DNA of 63,946 nucleotides, the filler included, from Acetivibrio sp. (lineage in GTDB: Bacteria > Bacillota > Clostridia > Acetivibrionales > Acetivibrionaceae): assembly GCF_035371925.1 (NCBI RefSeq). It is 4 parts of 4 records of this genome, joined end to end, with 100 filler letters (N's around TTAATTAATTAA, not from the genome) between each part and the next. Parts side by side here need not be neighbours in the genome. Positions count along the whole stretch, not along the records: positions 45,065 to 62,186 come from NZ_DAORXT010000059.1; positions 62,287 to 63,946 come from NZ_DAORXT010000181.1; 2 more parts are not named here. One strand, 5' to 3'. A program made the translations under genes and the position numbers. Below are positions 57,813 through 63,946 of this stretch, one piece after another (the stretch's first letter is position 1; the number at the start of each line of letters is the position of its first letter). Under the pieces are notes generated by a model that did no database searches, was not told the DNA's origin, and was given only the letters and a program-made list of their open reading frames with translations.

Positions 57813-59591
57813 ACGATTAAGAGGGCTTTAAAACTTATTGTATTGATTTTGGTAACGATACTATTAGCTACCTCAGTGTATTACTCAAGCAATTCTTCGA
57901 TAACGCTGGCTTCAACGGGCGTTGATGGTGTTAAGGCAAAGCTCCAATCATATAATTATTCGCATATGTACGTAAGAAATGCAAACTTCGATGTAAGAAT
58001 AGACGATAATGTTACTCCGGAAACAGATTCCCAATGGGTGCTGGTTCCCGGTCTTGCCAATAGCAAAGAGGGATATGTGTCTATTCAATCTGCTAATCAT
58101 CCGGGATACTACTTAAGACACTGGGATTATGATTTTAGATTGGAAAAAAACGACGGGACCGCAATTTTTGCAGAGGATGCAACATTTAAAATGGTTCCGG
58201 GGCTTGCAGATCCTTCATATACTTCTTTTCAGTCCTATAATTATCCTACCAGATATATAAGACATTATAATTACTTGCTTAGGTTGGATGAAATTGTAAC
58301 AAATCTTGACAGAGAGGACGCCACATTCAGGGTGATTGACGGTTCATCTGTAGATCCCGACAAACCGGATGATTCGGTTATTGTAACAAATCCGGTCGTC
58401 AGGCGACGGGCAGACCCATGGGTTTACAGGCATACCGACGGTTATTATTATATGACGGCATCCGTACCGGAGTATGACAGAATAGAGCTAAGACGGGCAA
58501 AAACTCTGCAAGGACTGTCAACAGCTACACCTAAGACAATTTGGAGAAGGCACTCCAGTGGAATCATGGGAGGACATATCTGGGCTCCGGAGATTCATTT
58601 CATTGATGGAAAATGGTATATTTATTTTTCAGCGGGAACATCCGCCAATTATTTCGATATACGCCTGTATGTCCTTGAATGCCCGGATTCAAATCCTCTT
58701 ACCGGATCTTGGGTAGAAAAAGGTCAATTAAAGACCAATTGGGAGTCTTTCACCCTCGATGCAACCACCTTTGAGCATAATGGTACAAGGTATCTTGTAT
58801 GGGCGCAGAAGGACCCTAAAATAGCAAGTAACAGCAATATTTATATTGCCAAAATGAATGGGCCTCTTGCCATAACCGGAAGCCAGGTTATGATTGCGTC
58901 ACCTCAATATTCATGGGAAAAGGTGGGTTATGCTGTTAATGAAGGCCCTGCCGTTTTAAAGAAAAACGGTAAAATTTTTATAACCTTTTCGGCAAGTGCT
59001 ACTGACTCAAACTATTGCATGGGATTGTTAACTGCCTCCGACACCGCAAACTTATTGGATCCGAAATCATGGTACAAATCGCCAAATCCAGTATTTCAAA
59101 GCAATACATCCACAGGGCAGTACGGGCCCGGGCATAATTCCTTTACAACTTCACCCGATGGAAAAGTGGATATTATGGTATATCATGCGAGGAACTACCG
59201 GGACATAACGGGAGAACCTTTGTATGACCCGAATAGACATACCCGTGCTCAAATAGTTAACTGGAATGCCGACGGTACACCGGATTTCGGAATACCGGTT
59301 GCTGACGGAACAAATGTGATATATATCCCACCCCAAACACCAACGCCAATACCTACAAATAGTGCTACACCCAATGACTTAATCTACGGCGATATAAACG
59401 GAGATAATTCTGTCAATTCAACGGATTTGACAATTTTAGAAAGATATTTGCTTGGAAGAACTGTCCCGACATCACCGAACTGGAGACAGGCCAGCGACCT
59501 TAATTTGGACGGAAATATAAACTCAACGGATTTTACAATACTTAAGAGGTACATTTTAGGTAGAATTAAAGCACTGCCTTGGGTAAATTAG
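57813..59591 (+). CDS. Cellulosomal CBM42-GH43-dockerin I (arabinofuranosidase-like); start codon non-canonical
   Basis: CBM42 (LQSYNY, YLRH), RADPW, WAPE, NEGP, dockerin; frame open upstream of TTG 57843 to ACG 57813 / ATT 57810 behind GGGAGG. Confidence 0.88.
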   Translation, partial: TIKRALKLIVLILVTILLATSVYYSSNSSITLASTGVDGVKAKLQSYNYSHMYVRNANFDVRIDDNVTPETDSQWVLVPGLANSKEGYVSIQSANHPGYYLRHWDYDFRLEKNDGTAIFAEDATFKMVPGLADPSYTSFQSYNYPTRYIRHYNYLLRLDEIVTNLDREDATFRVIDGSSVDPDKPDDSVIVTNPVVRRRADPWVYRHTDGYYYMTASVPEYDRIELRRAKTLQGLSTATPKTIWRRHSSGIMGGHIWAPEIHFIDGKWYIYFSAGTSANYFDIRLYVLECPDSNPLTGSWVEKGQLKTNWESFTLDATTFEHNGTRYLVWAQKDPKIASNSNIYIAKMNGPLAITGSQVMIASPQYSWEKVGYAVNEGPAVLKKNGKIFITFSASATDSNYCMGLLTASDTANLLDPKSWYKSPNPVFQSNTSTGQYGPGHNSFTTSPDGKVDIMVYHARNYRDITGEPLYDPNRHTRAQIVNWNADGTPDFGIPVADGTNVIYIPPQTPTPIPTNSATPNDLIYGDINGDNSVNSTDLTILERYLLGRTVPTSPNWRQASDLNLDGNINSTDFTILKRYILGRIKALPWVN

Positions 59592-59656
59592 ATATAGGAG
59601 CATAGAAAGTCAAAAAGATTATTATTTATTTTGAAATAAATTTTGGGAGGGACGTC

Positions 59657-62186
59657 ATGAATAATTTGAAAAAGTTTACATTGGCGATTGTATTTGCTTT
59701 CCTGACGGCAGTATGCTTTCAGTATCCTAGAATAGCCAGTGCTGCAACAACCGTTACTATAGACCCTGATGCAACCTATCAAACCATCGAAGGCTGGGGA
59801 GCAAGCCTATGCTGGTGGGGAAATCAGATTAGCCAGTGGTCTGACGATAATAGAAACAAACTGATTGAGAAAATTGTCAGTCCGACCGATGGCCTGGGAT
59901 ATAATATATTCAGGTACAATATCGGCGGCGGAGACAATCCCGGTCATAATCATATGAGGGCTTATGCGGATATTCAAGGATATCAGAATGCAGACCGTTC
60001 GTGGAACTGGAATGCCGATGCCTCTCAAAGAACCGTTCTTAGCCGGCTGATAGAAAGAGGGAAATATTATGGTTCGGAAATGATACTTGAGGCGTTTTCC
60101 AATTCTCCACCCTACTGGATGACAAAAAGCGGCTGTGCTTCCGGAACCACCGATGGTTCCAACAACTTAAGAGACGATTATTATGACGATTTTGCCGATT
60201 ACCTCACTGAGGTCGTAAAGCATTTCAGAGATGCATGGGGTATTACATTCAGGACTTTAGAACCCATGAATGAACCCAATGCAAACTGGTGGACGGCGGG
60301 TGGCAGACAGGAAGGCTGTTCCTTTTCATACGCCAATCAACAGAAAATTATTAAAGAGGTGGGAGAGAAATTAAGAGCCAAAGGATTGACAGGAACAACC
60401 GTCAGTGCTGCCGATGAAAACAGTATTGACACGGCTCTTTCAGGGCTTCAGTCCTATGATGCAACCACTTTGTCCTATATGTCCCAGCTCAACGTACATT
60501 CTTATCACGGCTCGAAAAGAGCCCAGCTCAGAGACCTTGCAAAATCGAAAGGACTTAGAATTTGGCAGTCGGAATCCGGCCCGTTGAATTTTGACGGCAA
60601 TATGGCAGATTCGTGCATCATGCTGTCAAAGCGTATTGTTACCGACTTGAAAGAATTACAGTGTGTCGCGTGGTTGGATTGGCAAATAATAGACGGCGGT
60701 AATTGGGGCAGTATATATGTAGATGATGCCACCCAGACCTTTACTCTTACCGAAAAATTCTATATGCATGCAAATTACAGCAGGTTTATAAGGCCCGGTT
60801 ATACAATTATAGGTGCCAACAATGAAAAAACGATTGCGGCAATAAGCCCTGATAAAAAGAAGCTTGTTATTGTGGCAACCAACGACAATAAATCTTCAAG
60901 CGAAAACTATACATTTAACCTGTCAAGGTTTTCAGGCGTAAACAGCACTGTGGAGGTTTACAGAACATCTCCTAGCCTAAGCCTTGCAAAAAGCAATATA
61001 ACAGCGTCAAATAAAACTGTTTCCGACACTTTGCCGCCGTATTCGATAAATACATATGTTATATCCCTTGACGGTGGTGTTGAATCAGTACCGGAGGTAA
61101 GGCTTCAATCATATAATTATCCCAATAGATATGTAAGACATATAGATTTTGATGCAAGGATAGATGAAAACGTTACCCCCAAAGAGGATTCGCAATGGAG
61201 GCTGGTTCCGGGCCTTGCCAACAGCAGCGAAGGGTATGTTTCCATTCAGTCGGTAAACCATCCGGGATATTACTTGAGACACTGGGATTATGATTTCCGG
61301 TTGGATAAAAACGACGGGACTACAATTTTTGCTGAGGATGCAACCTTTAAACTGGTTCCGGGACTTGCGGACCCTTCCGGTGTTTCTTTTCAGTCATATA
61401 ATTATCCCGACAGATATATAAGGCATTATGGATACTTGTTGAAGCTGGAGAAAATTTCAACTGATCTGGACAGGCAGGATGCAACCTTTTTAATAATCAG
61501 CGATGATACTCCCGGACCTATAACAGATTCAGGGTATATAATGGCTTATTTCAAACAGGCACCGGGCGAGTATGGGCTTAATCTTTGCTACAGTACAGAT
61601 GGGCTCCACTGGAGAAATATAAACGACGGAAAGCCTGTTTTGTATGCGCAAATGGGAACAAAGGGTATTAGGGACCCGTATATTTTCAGGAAACAGGACG
61701 GAAAGTTCGGAATAGTTGCAACCGATATGCTGGGGACCAATTGGGGAGATACGAGCCAATATATTCATTATTGGGAATCCGAGGATTTGATAAACTTTAC
61801 CGAGCGTTTAATAAAAGTGCATAACAGAAGCAACATGCATGCCTGGGCTCCGGAGGTATTCTATGACGAGAACAGGAAGCAGTACGGCATATACTGGGCA
61901 GGTAATACGGATTATAATCGGATATATGTGAATTATACAACGGATTTTAAGACAGTGAGTGACTGTGAAGTGTTCTTTGATCCCGGTTATGATGTAATTG
62001 ACGCTCATATTGTCAGTGACAAAGGAATGCATTATTTGTTTTTCAAGGATGAGAGGGCTTCAGGAAAGTCCATTAAGGCAGCAAAATCAAGCTCCCTGTC
62101 GCCTAAAAGCTTCACTGTATTTACCCCGAATTTTATAACCTCGGCCAATACGGAGGGACCCTTTGTTTTCAAAGACAATAATTCCG
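59657..62186 (+). CDS. Cellulosomal GH30-CBM42-GH43 enzyme, 3' end cut by gap
   Basis: EGWGASL, FRYNIGGG, EPMNEP, WQSE; CBM42; IRDPYI, WAPE; runs into Ns. Confidence 0.9.
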
Positions 62187-62286
62187 NNNNNNNNNNNNNN
62201 NNNNNNNNNNNNNNNNNNNNNNNNNNNNNNTTAATTAATTAANNNNNNNNNNNNNNNNNNNNNNNNNNNNNNNNNNNNNNNNNNNN
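62187..62286. other. Artificial scaffold linker / assembly gap
   Basis: N44-TTAATTAATTAA-N44. Confidence 0.97.
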
Positions 62287-62706
62287 CCGAAGCTATACAC
62301 AGTTCTGTTCACTTAGATTTTACATTGGCCAGGGTGTATTGGCCCGTATTAAAAGACTGAAGAGGTTGAAGAGCCAATTGAGAAAAACGAGAGCAGAAAT
62401 AATAAATACGATTTTAGAAACGGTGCAAGCATGGAGGTTATTTATTGTTTAGCAGTAAAAAACATTATTATTATAAAGAAAAACTTAGTATACTTGGGAT
62501 AAAGCCAAATAATTCGTTGAGGTTAGTCTAAAAATGTAATTTTAAAGATTTTTGCAATATCGCAATAAATATAGTTTTGGGAATTAAGCATTTTGTAGGC
62601 TCTAAAATGGTTTTACTGCTCACGAAGTTTAAAGAAAAATCTAAAAAAACTTGATGAATTTTATTATACATTGTGCTATAATTAAAGAGAGGGAGGGATT
62701 TGTTTC

Positions 62707-63048
62707 GTGAGAAAGCCTCATCAAATATGGGCTTTAGTGAGTCCAGCAATGCATAAGAAACTAAAGGAATATGCAGTTGAAAACCAAATAGCTTCTACCC
62801 GTGCCAAGATGATTATGTATATACTTTATAATTTCCATCCCGACCAGCTATTGGAAGACTATACTTTTCAATCGAGGGTAGGAAAAATGGTTAATATAAA
62901 AGTTTCCGATGTAGAGCTTGAGTATATCAAAAACCTTGCACAACGCTACAATGTAACTATTAGTCGCTTGCTGAGAAATATGGTTTATACTTATTTCCGT
63001 GTTATGGAGAAGAAAGAACAAAAAACTAATTTTATTAAAACAAAATAA
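62707..63048 (+). CDS. Small protein with two ribbon-helix-helix-like repeats
   Basis: GGGAGG RBS, extended -10 TGCTATAAT at 62674-62682; QIWALVS..helix-helix and MVNIKVS..AQRYNVTISRLLR. Confidence 0.55.
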   Translation: MRKPHQIWALVSPAMHKKLKEYAVENQIASTRAKMIMYILYNFHPDQLLEDYTFQSRVGKMVNIKVSDVELEYIKNLAQRYNVTISRLLRNMVYTYFRVMEKKEQKTNFIKTK

Positions 63049-63071
63049 CATTTAGGGGAGTGAAAAAGGAA

Positions 63072-63946
63072 ATGGGTCAGAATAACGATGGAGTGTTAAA
63101 CTTTGCTTCAACCCTTTGGGCAGCAGCCGATAGATTGCGAAATAATATGGAACCGTCGGAATATAAACATATTGTCCTTGGACTTATATTTTTAAAATAT
63201 ATTTCCGATGCATTTAAATTTCGACAAGAGGAGTTGGAGTATTTAATAAAAGATCCTAAAAACGAAGAATATTATTGCGGCTCTGAAGAAGAAGCGCAAC
63301 TTATTTTGGAAGACAAAGATGAATACATGGCTGCTAATGTATTCTATGTTCCTCCTGAGGCAAGATATGAGTATATTATGGCAAATGCTCGGCGAAGCGA
63401 TATAGGAAAACTTATTGATGACGCTATGGATTTGATTGAGAAAGAGAATCCAAAGCAGCTACGAGGTGTTCTTCCAAAGGTATACACCAAAGCGCCTTTA
63501 GATCCGCACACTCTTGGTGAAATTGTCAATTTAATTGGTAGCATTAATTTTGGTAAAAATGAGGAATTGGATGTTTTAGGGAGAGTTTATGAGTATTTTC
63601 TTTCCGAATTTGCCAGAAAAGAGGGCAAGAGAGGTGGCGAGTTCTTCACACCCTCAAGTGTTGTCAAACTTCTTGTTGAAATGATTCAGCCTCTTCATGG
63701 CAGGGTTTTTGACCCATGCTGCGGTTCTGGAGGCATGTTTGTCCAGAGCATACGCTTTGTAGAGGCTCATGCAGGCAAGAAAGGAGATATTTCAATCTAT
63801 GGACAGGAGTCCAATCCAACCACTTATAGGCTGTGTAAAATGAATCTTGCAATAAGGGGCATTGAGGCGGATATAAGGCTGGGGAATTCCTTCACAGATG
63901 ACCAATTTAAGGATTTGAGAGCAGATTATATATTAGCAAATCCGCC
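63072..63946 (+). CDS. hsdM: Type I restriction-modification methyltransferase subunit, partial (runs off window; absent from ORF track)
   Basis: Manual translation: LWAAADRLR, LGLIFLKYISD, GRVYEYFL, GEFFTPSSVV, FDPCCGSGGMF, YGQESN, DYILANP. Confidence 0.97.
   Translation, partial: MGQNNDGVLNFASTLWAAADRLRNNMEPSEYKHIVLGLIFLKYISDAFKFRQEELEYLIKDPKNEEYYCGSEEEAQLILEDKDEYMAANVFYVPPEARYEYIMANARRSDIGKLIDDAMDLIEKENPKQLRGVLPKVYTKAPLDPHTLGEIVNLIGSINFGKNEELDVLGRVYEYFLSEFARKEGKRGGEFFTPSSVVKLLVEMIQPLHGRVFDPCCGSGGMFVQSIRFVEAHAGKKGDISIYGQESNPTTYRLCKMNLAIRGIEADIRLGNSFTDDQFKDLRADYILANP

Noticed and set aside
62294..62313. TACACAGTTCTGTTCAC next to the third gap as an IS256-like end
   Set aside because: Only loose resemblance, with no second copy or target duplication in the window.
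1837..63852. Numerous 60-200 aa ORFs antisense to or overlapping real genes (e.g. 48534-49142, 26799-27272, 9316-9786, 63344-63544)
   Set aside because: Shadow ORFs with no recognisable motifs or RBS; the opposite frame already carries a clear gene.

Overview
Draft-assembly window from a cellulosome-producing clostridium (Acetivibrio/Hungateiclostridium thermocellus-like, judged from type I dockerins with ST/SS residues and from gene order). Four contigs are joined by artificial 100-bp N/TTAATTAATTAA linkers (22468-22567, 44965-45064, 62187-62286), so adjacency across them is unproven. Contig 1 is core genome: ylbF-mutS-mutL-miaA-hfq, lexA/yneA with SOS boxes, ylxM-ffh-rpsP-khpA-rimM-trmD-rplS-lepB-rbgA-rnhB, ylqG/H-like, yraN, radC, a dipeptidase and an aminotransferase. 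It is bounded by ends of one multicopy IS. It also hides the best finding: an unannotated ~350-nt minus-strand RNA (20513-20865) that folds by hand into a closed six-way junction of long G-U-rich helices joined by six similar linkers. Contig 2 carries a beta-helix-dockerin gene, then a stripped-down type VII secretion cluster (CBM48 protein, essC, esxA, esaB, PP2C, active Ser/Thr kinase) facing a nine-gene Tad/Flp pilus operon, then a GH9-CBM3c-dockerin cellulase. Contig 3 has an ABC exporter, an orphan response regulator, a solute-binding protein, envelope-stress genes, a probable nuclease remnant, alkD and a GH39/GH43/GH30 CBM35/CBM42 cellulosomal cluster. Contig 4 has a tandem-RHH gene and the 5' part of a type I R-M hsdM missed by the ORF track. 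All family calls are from motif recognition by eye; no searches were run.
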